Shown piece after piece: positions 8,635 through 19,967 of a stretch of DNA of 64,000 nucleotides (within the stretch, counting starts at the first letter, position 1; every line of letters begins with the position of its first letter). The translations under genes and the position numbers were made by a program. This DNA comes from Candidatus Cloacimonadales bacterium (lineage in GTDB: Bacteria > Cloacimonadota > Cloacimonadia > G963667145). The notes beneath the pieces were generated by a model, which did no database searches, had not been told where the DNA came from, and saw nothing but the letters and a program-made list of their open reading frames with translations. The stretch covers positions 158,718-222,717 of the forward strand of contig OZ245797.1 of assembly GCA_965228195.1 (NCBI GenBank). Direction: 5' to 3'.

Positions 8635-10092
8635 TCAAAAATAGTATTTCACGCCGGCATAAATCTGCGGGCCTCTTTCTGGATAGATCGGCAGTTTGTT
8701 CAATTTATTATCGAGCAGGTTCAGTAGCCGCAAGCTCAAACTAAGCTCTTGGGTGAAGTTCCAACTTTGCTCCAAGTTTAGCTCAAACTTATCGTCCAAC
8801 TGTTGTCCGTCTTCGTCTTTTATTAGCCTTTCGACAACGAAGCTCAGCTCGTTGGTGATAATATCGAACATCGTGCAAGACAAGCTCGCTTTTGCCTGAT
8901 TGGCAGGCTCGTAGGCGATGTAATCTTTTGGGCTATTGAGCACCATCATCAAATAAGAGGAGAGCGACAACCGATACCCTTTGTAGTCAACACTCGCCTG
9001 GGCGCCGCTTTTGTTGAGCAAAAAATCTTCTTCGTCTAAAAGGTAGCTTTGTTGATCTGCCGCCTTGCTATAACAGATGTGATTCATCCGATAGCTGATG
9101 TTGTTAAATAGGGAAAAATACCTCTTGTAGCCACTCTTGATGGTGAGATCCAAAGGAACTATCTCTTGCAAAAGCTCGTAATCGAGGTCTTGGGCGTAGT
9201 TTTCGCTCAAAAGCTCAAAATGGGTCTTCTTGGAGATAGAGGGTGCGTTCTCGATGTGAAAGAAAATCTTGTTGGGTAAGAAGTATAGCCCCAAAAAACC
9301 TACCGACGGCATAATTTTGTCTTGCGAGATCCCAGCCCAAAAATCTACGGTGTAAAAGCCCCAGTCGTTGACATTCTTGTGCGCTTTGAACTCTGCGTTC
9401 AACACATCTGCGTAGTGGAAAAGATCTGCGGAGAGCAAAACATCTTTGATCGTCCCTACAGGAGAGATGGCGAAGTTGGAAAAGCTCTTAGTTTTGGTCA
9501 CATCAGCCTTATCTTGTTGTAGCTCCTGGGCGAAAAACGAGATACTCACCGACTCCAATAGTGTGTCCAAAATCGCCAAGTTCCAAGAAAATCCGCCTTC
9601 TAACACCTTGGTAACAAGGGAATCGGCGCTGGCGTCCAACTGCTCAAAAGAGAAATCTATCTCGGTTCTGCCAAAGTTCGGACTCCACAAAAAAGATTGC
9701 CGCAAGCTATACCAATCAGGGTCGTAATAGAAGTTTTTGCTCTCAAACTCAAAGTCTAAAAGCTCGTTTTGCAAGCTGTGGTAAACGCTCTTGAGCTGAG
9801 CCTTGTGTCCATAACCAAGCCAAAAATCGAAAAAACCAACCCGAAGATTGCTCCCAGTGGTATCTTTTTTGCTGGCAAAATCTAAGTCTTGCAAACCGAC
9901 ATCGAAGTCGAAATCACCCTCGATTTGCCACTGCTCAGAAAGATCATCATCGAAGTAAAACTGCTCCTTCTTTTGCAACTCGTCTTTGCCCTCGATAGTC
10001 ACCGAAGGCAAATCTAGCTCATCAGAATCTAAAGACCACACCAAACAAGGGACCAGCCAAAGCAAGCAAAGAGACCTTTTTAGTCCGCTCAA
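8635..10092 (-). CDS. predicted outer-membrane beta-barrel protein (hypothetical)
   Basis: Signal peptide 'MSGLKRSLCLLWLVPCLVWS' and a C-terminal aromatic beta-signal '...GVKYYF' ending in Phe; no recognisable enzyme motifs. Confidence 0.45.
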   Translation of the reverse strand: MSGLKRSLCLLWLVPCLVWSLDSDELDLPSVTIEGKDELQKKEQFYFDDDLSEQWQIEGDFDFDVGLQDLDFASKKDTTGSNLRVGFFDFWLGYGHKAQLKSVYHSLQNELLDFEFESKNFYYDPDWYSLRQSFLWSPNFGRTEIDFSFEQLDASADSLVTKVLEGGFSWNLAILDTLLESVSISFFAQELQQDKADVTKTKSFSNFAISPVGTIKDVLLSADLFHYADVLNAEFKAHKNVNDWGFYTVDFWAGISQDKIMPSVGFLGLYFLPNKIFFHIENAPSISKKTHFELLSENYAQDLDYELLQEIVPLDLTIKSGYKRYFSLFNNISYRMNHICYSKAADQQSYLLDEEDFLLNKSGAQASVDYKGYRLSLSSYLMMVLNSPKDYIAYEPANQAKASLSCTMFDIITNELSFVVERLIKDEDGQQLDDKFELNLEQSWNFTQELSLSLRLLNLLDNKLNKLPIYPERGPQIYAGVKYYF

Positions 10093-10122
10093 ACTACTTC
10101 ATCCCCTCTACAAGCTCTTTTC

Positions 10123-11055
10123 TCACTTCTTGTGTTTGCGCAAATAACCTTCTACCAAGATGGGACTTGCCACAAATATCGAAGAGTAAGTTCCGATTAC
10201 CACGCCTACCAAAAGAGCGAAAGAAAAGTCGTGAATTACCGAACCACCAAACAAAAACAAAAACAAGATCACTACAAAGGTGGTGAAAGAGGTGATCACG
10301 GTGCGGCTCAAAGTCTCGTTGATACTGAAGTTGATGATATCGGGGAAAGCCATACGGCTGTTTTTGTTGGAGTCTTCCCGAATCCGAGCGAAAACAACGA
10401 TGGTGTCGTTGAGGGAGTAACCCACCAAAGTCAACAAAGCTGCCACGATGGACAAACTAAGCTTTAGATCTAACACCGAAAAGATCCCGATGGTAATCAA
10501 AACATCGTGAGCCAAAGCTACCACAGCCGCAAAGCCGTAAGTGAACTTCTTGAACCTCCACCAAATGTAGAGGATGATCCCGCAAAGGGCGTAAAATATC
10601 GCTTTGAGCGCTTTGCCTTTGAGCTCCTTACCGATTTGCGGACCCACAGTTTGCGAGCTCCGCACCAAATCGGCGTTCTTGGTGTATTGCGGCAACTTCT
10701 CTTGCAACGCTTGGACGATCTCTTTTTCTACCAAAGGAGCGTCTTTGCCAGAAGGGATTTGAGTAGAGAGCAAGAAAATGCTCTTACCCCCTTGCATAGA
10801 AAGTTTTTGAAAATCCACATTGTCGTAGCTACCACCGACAAAAACATCTCTTAGTTGTTGCAAAGTTACCGCTTGCTCACCCTGGCCGCTAAGGTTAAGC
10901 TCCATCGACACACCGCCGGTGAAATCTATGCCGTAGTCGGGTCCACCCTTGAGTAGCAAAGATACCAAACTACCCACAATCAAAAGAGCCGAGAACAAAA
11001 ACATAGCTCTTCTTTTGCCGACAAAATCTATTTTAGAGTTTTTAAACAATCTCAT
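10123..11055 (-). CDS. secF: protein translocase subunit SecF
   Basis: 310-aa SecD/F-family membrane protein ('IDFTGG', 'LHDVLITIGIFS', RND-like TM bundle) directly downstream of secD. Confidence 0.9.
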   Translation of the reverse strand: MRLFKNSKIDFVGKRRAMFLFSALLIVGSLVSLLLKGGPDYGIDFTGGVSMELNLSGQGEQAVTLQQLRDVFVGGSYDNVDFQKLSMQGGKSIFLLSTQIPSGKDAPLVEKEIVQALQEKLPQYTKNADLVRSSQTVGPQIGKELKGKALKAIFYALCGIILYIWWRFKKFTYGFAAVVALAHDVLITIGIFSVLDLKLSLSIVAALLTLVGYSLNDTIVVFARIREDSNKNSRMAFPDIINFSINETLSRTVITSFTTFVVILFLFLFGGSVIHDFSFALLVGVVIGTYSSIFVASPILVEGYLRKHKK

Positions 11056-11080
11056 TTTTTACTTCCTTAATTTTTTAACT

Positions 11081-12697
11081 CTAGATACTCAGACGCTTTA
11101 CCGCTCTGTCTTTGATAATCCGCTCAAAAAAGAGCTTTACCAAGATGAGGGTAGAAAAAAGCGATCCAACTATTCCGATGGATAAAGTCACTGCAAATCC
11201 ACGAATAGGTCCACTGCCAAACTTGTATAACACCGCGGCTGTGATCAGGGTGGTGACATTGGCGTCCATAATAATCCAAAAAGCTTTTTGGAAACCTGCT
11301 GAGATAGCCGAGGAGACAGGTCGCTCCAGATCTAGCTCCTCTCTGATCCGCTCGAAGATCAAAACGCATCCATCCACTGCCATGCCGATAGTAAGGACAA
11401 TCCCGGCAATGCCTGGCATCGTCAGAGTAGCAGAGAACATCGTCAGGGCTGCCAAGATAAACAAGATGTTAGCAGCCACAGCCACGATAGCCAAAATCCC
11501 TGATAGACGATAATAGAAGATCATAAAAAGCAAGATGGCTGCCAATCCCAAAAGACCTGCCATAAATCCAGCCTTGATGCTGTCAGCACCCAAAGTAGGA
11601 CCAACAGAGCGGCGCTCCAAAATGCTCACCGGTGCAGGCAAGTTACCCGCACGCAGCACAATCACCAGGTTTTGCACCTCTTCCATGCTCATACTACCGG
11701 TGATGCTGGCTTTGCCATCGGCGATGCGAGAGTTAATCGTGGGAGCCATATAAACCACATCGTCCAAAACGATTGCCAACCTCTTGTGCAGGTTATCGGC
11801 AGTGATGTTGGCAAACTTCTTGGCTCCTTCCGAGTCGAACTCCAAAGAGACATAAGGCTCGTTGGTCTGGATACCACCCACATCTTGCCCGACGCGAACA
11901 TCGGCAGACTGGAGGTATTTGCCCGAGAGTTGCACCTTCTTTTGCAAGAAAAAAAGCGGCGTGTAAAGAGGCACCCCGTTTTTATCCAAATAAACTTTGC
12001 CCAGATTAAAACTGTATTCGGACGGCAACAACTTGGCTACCTCGTTGCTGGCGACTATTTTCTTCAGCAGCTCCACATTCTCTTGAGCCACGATCAGGTT
12101 ATTAGAACCTTGATAGTTTATCAAAGCCGAAAAAAGGTTTTCGTTTTTGCCATCTTGCGCCTTTTTTTCCTTGGGATCGTCCAAGACAGACTCGGCTAAG
12201 TTTTCGTCCTCGGTGGCAATTTTTGCACTCAACTCGGGAAACTTCTGGCTGTTTTTTTGCAAATAAGCGTCGATAGCGGAGATCACTTTCGCCAGAGATT
12301 CACTACTACCCAAAAGCTTAAACTCCAAAAGGGCAGTCTTGCCAATCAACTGCTCGGCTCTATTAAAATCTTTGACACCCGGCAGACTCACGGCAATCCT
12401 GTTGCTACCCACTCTTTGGATAACAGGTTCGGTCACCCCAAACTCGTCCACACGATTACGAATAATCTCCAAAGATGTCTCCACCACTTGGTCTTCTTGC
12501 TCTTTGGATATTCCAGCTGCCTTGCTATCCACTCCCAAAACAAGCCTCATGCCACCTTGCAAATCCAAGCCAAGATTGAGTTGTTTGGAAGTAAACCCTT
12601 TGCCTGCTACATTGGGCCAAACCAGCGGAACCAAATAGTAAACGATAGCCAAAATCACCAGAGTCACTACCGTAAATCTAAACTTACCTTTTTTCAT
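11081..12697 (-). CDS. secD: protein translocase subunit SecD
   Basis: 538-aa ORF with the large periplasmic domain and SecD/F TM region ('LGLDLQGGMRLVL', 'GPTLGADSIKAG'). Confidence 0.9.
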   Translation of the reverse strand: MKKGKFRFTVVTLVILAIVYYLVPLVWPNVAGKGFTSKQLNLGLDLQGGMRLVLGVDSKAAGISKEQEDQVVETSLEIIRNRVDEFGVTEPVIQRVGSNRIAVSLPGVKDFNRAEQLIGKTALLEFKLLGSSESLAKVISAIDAYLQKNSQKFPELSAKIATEDENLAESVLDDPKEKKAQDGKNENLFSALINYQGSNNLIVAQENVELLKKIVASNEVAKLLPSEYSFNLGKVYLDKNGVPLYTPLFFLQKKVQLSGKYLQSADVRVGQDVGGIQTNEPYVSLEFDSEGAKKFANITADNLHKRLAIVLDDVVYMAPTINSRIADGKASITGSMSMEEVQNLVIVLRAGNLPAPVSILERRSVGPTLGADSIKAGFMAGLLGLAAILLFMIFYYRLSGILAIVAVAANILFILAALTMFSATLTMPGIAGIVLTIGMAVDGCVLIFERIREELDLERPVSSAISAGFQKAFWIIMDANVTTLITAAVLYKFGSGPIRGFAVTLSIGIVGSLFSTLILVKLFFERIIKDRAVKRLSI

Positions 12698-12745
12698 CTA
12701 AATTTTCTCCTTAAAATATTATCGCCTTTCTTGCGCTAAACAAAA

Positions 12746-13131
12746 TCAGAGCTTACGCTCCAACTCATTCACTTTCTTGGAAATTCTGTTCACCTTGAAC
12801 TCGATTGCGTTCAATATCCAGAACTGAAAATGGCTAACTTTACTCTGCAGATGCATCATCCAAATAAGCTTGATCGAAACCAAAAAAAGACCGATTTCGA
12901 TAGTCAACACGCCTGACCAGTTTTCGTAAACGAAGATGTTTTTGTACATATCTATCAAAAACAAAACCATCACCGTGGCAATGAAGATGCTCATGGTTGC
13001 CTTGGAAACATTACCGCTTTTACCCCCAATCTGTCCGAGCATATTGCGGAGCTTCTCTTTTTCGTTTTTGTAAGAAGCCAGCTCCTTTTGCAGTTGATCG
13101 AACTCTTGGTTGATACAATCTTTTTTATTCA

Positions 13132-13132
<1 letters not shown>
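12746..13132 (-). CDS. hypothetical small membrane protein with N-terminal coiled-coil
   Basis: 128-aa ORF whose start overlaps the atpC stop; two predicted TM helices; no family recognised. Confidence 0.35.
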
Positions 13133-14924
<1,792 letters not shown>

Positions 14925-14998
14925 TTAAATCCTCCAGTTCTAAGTTTTCGCCAAACTATTTTTCTCAAAACTTCTTATCAATACTTTTTTTACTTTTT

Positions 14999-15736
14999 TT
15001 ACAACTTCTCCAAAACCTCGTCCGAAATCTCGAAATTTGCATAAACTTTTTGGACATCGTCGCTGTCTTCCAGCTTGTCTATCAGGTTCAAGAGTTTCTC
15101 GGCTACATCGTCGGCGTTGACCGTGTTTTTGGGGATTTTGGTCAGCTCAAACCTTGTTACCTCAAACCCTTCCGATTTTAAGGCGTCCACCACCGTGTGT
15201 AGCTCTTTGGAGTCGGTGTAGACCAAAAACTCACCTTGGTCCATCTCGATGTCTTCGGCTCCACAATCCAGTGCCTTGAGCATAAACTCGTCTTCACCCA
15301 GATCGCTTTTGACCACGATCTCACCCTTGGAATCGAAAACCCAAGCCACCGCTCCGTTCTCTGCCAAACTTCCCCCGTGCTTGGAAAAAATGTGGCGAAC
15401 ATCTGCCACGGTCCGATTGCGGTTGTCTGTCAAACATTCGACGATGATTGCCACTCCCGCCTGACCGTAACCCTCATAGGTTATCTCTTCGTAGTTAACG
15501 CCATCGGTCTCGCCGGTGCCACGCTTGATCGCCTTGTCCACATTGGAGGTGGGCATATTGGCGTCTTTGGCCGCTGCCATGGCTGTCCGAAGGCGAGGAT
15601 TGGAGCTCTCGTCTCCTCCCCCCTGCCGGGCTGCCACGGTAATCTCTTTGATCAACTTGGTAAAAAGCTTAGCCCTCTTTTTGTCCGCTGCTCCTTTCTT
15701 GTGCTTGATGGAGCTCCATTTATTGTGTCCTGACAT
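14999..15736 (-). CDS. yebC: YebC/PmpR-family transcriptional regulator
   Basis: 'MSGHNKWSSIKHKKGAADKKRAKLFTKL...NPRLRTAMAAAKDANMP' is the canonical YebC N-terminus; 245 aa. Confidence 0.9.
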   Translation of the reverse strand: MSGHNKWSSIKHKKGAADKKRAKLFTKLIKEITVAARQGGGDESSNPRLRTAMAAAKDANMPTSNVDKAIKRGTGETDGVNYEEITYEGYGQAGVAIIVECLTDNRNRTVADVRHIFSKHGGSLAENGAVAWVFDSKGEIVVKSDLGEDEFMLKALDCGAEDIEMDQGEFLVYTDSKELHTVVDALKSEGFEVTRFELTKIPKNTVNADDVAEKLLNLIDKLEDSDDVQKVYANFEISDEVLEKL

Positions 15737-15926
15737 AATCGGTTTAATTTTCTCCTTAAAATTAGTTCACCCTCAAATCAAAGCAAAAAAGGGAAAACGG
15801 CAAATATCTGTCAAATAGTTTCTTTGGTTGATTTCGCCGAAAGCTTTGTCGCTTCCGCTCCAAAGCTTTGGTTGATTTCCTATAAGTAAAAATGTCACCT
15901 TTTTTTTCTCCTTGCGGAGGGCTAGT

Positions 15927-15976
15927 ATGACCACTAAAATATAGTCGCAAATTTATAGCTTAATTTTAGTGGTCAT
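15927..15976. repeat. hairpin H2 (type B)
   Basis: 'atgaccactaaaat' / 'attttagtggtcat', a perfect 14-bp stem; 22-nt loop 'atagtcgcaaatttatagctta'. Confidence 0.85.
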
Positions 15977-16516
15977 AAATTAAAAGTTAAAAATGAAAAA
16001 TTTCATCCAAACCCTTTCCCTTTAAGTGATTAAATTTTTTCTCCTGCGGAGGCTATTTTTTTTGCGGGGCAGGTAAGCACCCGCTCCTTTCCTTATTTTG
16101 CTAAGTAAATTATTATTGCTTTCTCCTGCGGAGGGCTTACTCTTTTCGGATTGCCGAAAAGAGTAACAGAAAAGACAACTCCGCTTCAAAGCGCCAGCGA
16201 CGGAGCGTGTCACCAGCAGAGTAAAAAAGTGTGGTCGTTCCCGCTTATTACCCGTAGTCTTGTCATTTTCTGCTTTTGGCTTTGCACCTCTACTTAGAAA
16301 GTGATTGGTGTCGCTGGCTTAACAAAGTAACGAAAAGGGGCTAATTTCCCTTTAAGCGGAGGTTGTCCCCACACTCTAAGCAAATAAGCAAGCACCTATC
16401 CACCCAGCTGGGCAGGGCAGGAAGCTCCCTGCCCGCCCCCCTCATTCCTAGCGGAAGCAGGAATCCATCAGTAGGACGATGCTCTGAAAAGTGCGGGGTT
16501 TGAATGGAAAAAAATC

Positions 16517-16801
16517 CTAATCGCACCAACCATCAGATAAATCTTTCCACTCAGGGTTGTCTTTTTCTATCAGCTCTATCTTCCACTCTCTTTTCCACTT
16601 TTTCAGGCTTTTTTCTCGATACACGGCTTCCAGCACTGTTTCATACTCTTCGTAATAAACCAATCGAGTAACATTGTATTTATTGGTAAAACCTTTATTT
16701 ATTTTCTGCTTGTGGGTGGACACTCGCCAAACAAGGTTACGAGTGGTGCCGATATAGAGAGTGCCATTTCGACAGGATGCTAGTATATAAACATACTGCA
16801 T
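16517..16801 (-). CDS. GIY-YIG nuclease-domain protein (94 aa), nested inside repeat block R2
   Basis: 'VYILASCRNGTLYIGTTRNLVWRVSTH' is the GIY-x10-YIG motif. 'YEEYETVLEAVYREKSLKKWKREWK' matches the C-terminal helix and the conserved Arg/Glu. The gene is flanked by inverted copies of repeat module P. Confidence 0.8.
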   Translation of the reverse strand: MQYVYILASCRNGTLYIGTTRNLVWRVSTHKQKINKGFTNKYNVTRLVYYEEYETVLEAVYREKSLKKWKREWKIELIEKDNPEWKDLSDGWCD

Positions 16802-16938
16802 TATGCTTCCTTTGATTTTTTAGCTAAAATGGTATAGCTTTTATTTTGTGTTTACTGTTTTTTGTTCCCTACCCAACCCTTCCTTGGATTCCTGCTTCCG
16901 CTAGGAATGAGGGTGGGAGGGGAAAATGGGTTTCCTAC

Positions 16939-16988
16939 CTGACCACATAAATACGGCTAATCATTTGAGACTTCATTTATGTGGTCAG
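16939..16988. repeat. hairpin H3 (type A)
   Basis: 'ctgaccacataaat' / 'atttatgtggtcag'; loop 'acggctaatcatttgagacttc'. Followed by a duplicated 'gtcag' and then module S. Confidence 0.85.
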
Positions 16989-17532
16989 GTCAGATTTGGG
17001 GTGGCACTCTCCGCTTCATCGGGGTCACCTGTTTTCACTTGCTCGGTCGAGCAGAGACACTTAGCACTCTCTTCAAGTGTTGAAAACGCAAAGACCAAAG
17101 TGATTAGCCTAATCAGGAACAAATCTCGGAGATGCTCCCCGCCACGGTAATCTTAAGACATCTCACGACCTGTCTCTAGCGAGTTGAAGCGGAGTGCGTT
17201 TTCTTTTCTCTCCCCTCTCTTTTCGTTGAGCGTTCAACGAAAAGAGAGGGACTCACCGTAGGTGAACCAAAGGCTTTGTCGCTTCCGCTCCAAAGCAATT
17301 GATGAGTTACAAAGGATAATTGTTAATTAAAAATAAAAGTGAAAAAATCTACTCCACCAGATGGACAGGGTGGAAACACTTTACCCCTATTCCCTCATTC
17401 CTAGCGAAAGCAGGAATCCATCAGTAAAACGATGCTCTGAAAAGTGCGGGGCGAGGAAGAAAAAAACACCATCACTTAGTGGGGAAAGGATGGGGTGTAA
17501 TTTTTCATTTTTCATTCTCAATTTTTAATTTT

Positions 17533-17582
17533 ATGACCACTAAAATGAAGCTATAAATTTGAGACTATATTTTAGTGGTCAG
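17533..17582. repeat. hairpin H4 (type B)
   Basis: 'atgaccactaaaat' / 'attttagtggtca(g)'; loop 'gaagctataaatttgagactat'. Followed by 'atttggggtgg' (the start of S). Confidence 0.85.
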
Positions 17583-17658
17583 ATTTGGGGTGGATTTTTT
17601 CATTCTTCTTTTTTATTCTTTCATTTGCGTGAGCTACTGCTCACGCAACTATCAACTA

Positions 17659-19905
17659 TCAATTACCTAGTTCCGCGTCCCAGTCGAACTGCTCTTTTTT
17701 CAAGAGAGGTAGTTTATCATCATCGGCAAAGATATGCCAAATATTTTCGTCCAAACCGATAGTGTTTTTCCAGTGATTTTCCATCGTCCCCGTAATCACG
17801 GTGCCTTGATTAGTAAATGTTTGTGAGGTACTTGATAAAGAAAAATCACTACTAGATTTATAGTAATTGTTAAGTGATTGGAGATCTTTTCCTAGTTGAT
17901 TGGTCTGAACATAACCACCACCAGAAGATATAATTTGTATTTGACCTGTCCCATTACGCAAAACAGTGTTTTTTTCGATACTTGCATTTGCATTGTTGGC
18001 TCCTGAAATACTTGCCACCAAAGCTCCACCTTGAGAGTATCCATATCCTCTTACCTTGGTTATCTTCATAATATTTTTTTCTACTACCCCAGTTTTATTT
18101 TTAAAACCTCCTATAAGACCTCCCGTGTGAACAGAAGAATACGTTGTTAAAGAATTATAAACTTGAACAAGATCTATCTCCATATAACAGTTAGATATAT
18201 TCAAACCGCTGCTTACAGCATATCCTATAAGACCACCTACAGCTCCACTGCTGGAATTAGTAACATTAAGATAGTAATTAGTAAGAGCCAATCTACTGAA
18301 ATTTGAAGCATATGAATTAGAAACAAATCCCTGACTATATCTATTCCCGCTTATATTAATTCCATCTAATTCATGCCCTTTCCCATCAAAATTAGTGTTT
18401 AAAGTATAAATAAAACATCCAGCAGTAAATCCTTGGTCTATTTGCCAAATAGAGGCTGTTCCACTCTTAGAAAACTCCATATCTGTGTATAAACTCAGTG
18501 TGAAATCACTTCCCCCCCCCGCACTCTTACCTTTAGCATTCACAAGCCCTAGCCCGGTGTGGATAGACTCGGTAGCGCCTGAAGTAAATCCGGACATATC
18601 TGCCTCAAAGCCGCGCCGCGTGATAAGCCCATTGGTCGCGACGCTACTAACACCACCAGCGCAAGTCGGCACGGGATACTGGTCTCCTTCGGTGAAAGTC
18701 CAGTCAGTAGTTAAGTCGAAGTCTGCCTTGTTAGCCCAAAAAGTTGTCGTGTTGCTCTTATTATCTGAAAAACTCAAAGCGGCTAGATTGTAGTCGCCCA
18801 CAAAAAGATTCTCCCCGTGTTCCTGCACATCGTCAACATCGCCAGTATAGGTACTATTGTTATCCCAGTAAGGGTAGTAAACCCAGTAGTAGTTACCGAT
18901 GTCGTTGTTCCAGCGGGTGAAGCCGGTCTCCACCCAGCCATAAAGGTCAAGATATTCCATCCCACTTCTGTTTCCCGAAACCCGTCCAAGCGTTCCGTTT
19001 TTTGCCGGTTTGTAGTTGAGTTTAAACATATCGAGCATAGTAACAATATTAGTAAAATAAGCGTAAACTCCTATATAGCCAACTGCTCCTCCTACATGAG
19101 CATCAGTTATTAAAACGTCGGGGTCGTCACCGATGTTGCTGGTGATGGTGCCGTTGACCACCAAGCACTTTTGCACTTTCCCGCAATTTGAACTGCTAGC
19201 GCTAGTACCATCTTTGATACTTCCGGCAAACATACCCAGATATCTGCCTCCGGTGATGTGGCAATCTTTGATCAGGCAGTTTTGGATGGAGCCACCGTTG
19301 CAGACCTCGGCAGCCACGATACCTACCGTGTCGCCGTCGTAGATGACCTCGGCGTTTTCGATGACCAGATTTTGCACCGTTCCTTCTAGATTTTCGATAA
19401 ACCCTTTGCCCTCTATCTTGAAGTTGCATATCTTGTATCCGTTGCCATCTAAGGTCCCTTTAAATTCGCTGATAGATTTAATCGTTGCCCAGTTTAGGTC
19501 GATATCGCCTTCCAAGGTCATATCGTGCTCGCCGAAATTGATCTTCCCCTCTTCGCCGATCAGCGGCTGGTCGGCTTCGAAAATATCCAAGAATTCGCTC
19601 TCGTTGCTGAAGATTTTACTCTCGCCTATCGTAATAACCCCGTCGCTGGAGGCGAAGTTCTTTTGATCTTCGTGCTGGACGGGGAAGCCTGTGCCCTCTT
19701 TCATATACCAAGGATTGGCAGTGTTCGCATTAATTCCTACCGCATCTTTCCACTGCATCGTATCTTGCCAAAATTCTATGGTTTGCAAAAGGTCAGTATC
19801 GGTCTCCTGCTTGCCGCTTTTATCGCCGAGAGCTGCCCACAGGCTCAGCACTCCACCAAGAAGTGCCAGCACGAGCATCGCTTTTATTTTGGGAAAATTT
19901 TTCAT
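17659..19905 (-). CDS. secreted repeat protein with GLUG-like (GGxxG beta-helix) motifs, 748 aa
   Basis: Signal peptide 'MKNFPKIKAMLVLALLGGVLSLWAALG'. Recurrent 'GG[LA][IV]G...N[SC]' units ('VGGLIGYAVSSGLNISNCY', 'TGGLIGGFKNKTG', 'GGAVGYIGVYAY') resemble GLUG/adhesin-type beta-helix repeats. Repeat blocks R2 and R3 flank the gene. Confidence 0.55.
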   Translation of the reverse strand: MKNFPKIKAMLVLALLGGVLSLWAALGDKSGKQETDTDLLQTIEFWQDTMQWKDAVGINANTANPWYMKEGTGFPVQHEDQKNFASSDGVITIGESKIFSNESEFLDIFEADQPLIGEEGKINFGEHDMTLEGDIDLNWATIKSISEFKGTLDGNGYKICNFKIEGKGFIENLEGTVQNLVIENAEVIYDGDTVGIVAAEVCNGGSIQNCLIKDCHITGGRYLGMFAGSIKDGTSASSSNCGKVQKCLVVNGTITSNIGDDPDVLITDAHVGGAVGYIGVYAYFTNIVTMLDMFKLNYKPAKNGTLGRVSGNRSGMEYLDLYGWVETGFTRWNNDIGNYYWVYYPYWDNNSTYTGDVDDVQEHGENLFVGDYNLAALSFSDNKSNTTTFWANKADFDLTTDWTFTEGDQYPVPTCAGGVSSVATNGLITRRGFEADMSGFTSGATESIHTGLGLVNAKGKSAGGGSDFTLSLYTDMEFSKSGTASIWQIDQGFTAGCFIYTLNTNFDGKGHELDGINISGNRYSQGFVSNSYASNFSRLALTNYYLNVTNSSSGAVGGLIGYAVSSGLNISNCYMEIDLVQVYNSLTTYSSVHTGGLIGGFKNKTGVVEKNIMKITKVRGYGYSQGGALVASISGANNANASIEKNTVLRNGTGQIQIISSGGGYVQTNQLGKDLQSLNNYYKSSSDFSLSSTSQTFTNQGTVITGTMENHWKNTIGLDENIWHIFADDDKLPLLKKEQFDWDAELGN

Positions 19906-19967
19906 CTTCTATCCTTTGTTAAAAATAAGACAATTTTACAAGACGAAAAAAGGGTTGCAGGGTGAAG

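Larger units (their letters stand above)
15790..17652. repeat. repeat block R2: compound mosaic (modules Q, P, S, palindrome T2, hairpins H2-H4) with the nested GIY-YIG gene
   Basis: Contains 16120-16270 module Q ('ctttctcctgcggagggcttactcttttcggattgccgaaaagag...gtgacacgctccgtcgctggcg'). P copies lie at 16440-16510 and, inverted, at 16885-16925; S+T are at 16990-17250; a second P is at 17395-17450. Lies between the yebC start and the GLUG-gene stop. Confidence 0.85.

Noticed and set aside
15996-16270. Conserved small ORFs inside repeat module Q ('TRPVAGALKRSCLFCYSFRQSEKSKPSAGE...', e.g. 16022..16213, 38971..39207, 50996..51196, 53082..53264, 62029..62274)
   Set aside because: The shared peptide simply reflects nucleotide conservation of the module. 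Copies occur in both orientations, have no consistent start codon or RBS, differ in length and frame end, and overlap strong hairpins. They are better explained as non-coding.
15790-17652. Repeat modules as fragments of rRNA, tmRNA, RNase P or SRP RNA
   Set aside because: No match to the universally conserved cores of those RNAs (for example the tmRNA tRNA-like end, or the RNase P P4 and GNRA regions). The multi-copy, mixed-orientation arrangement is also inconsistent with them.
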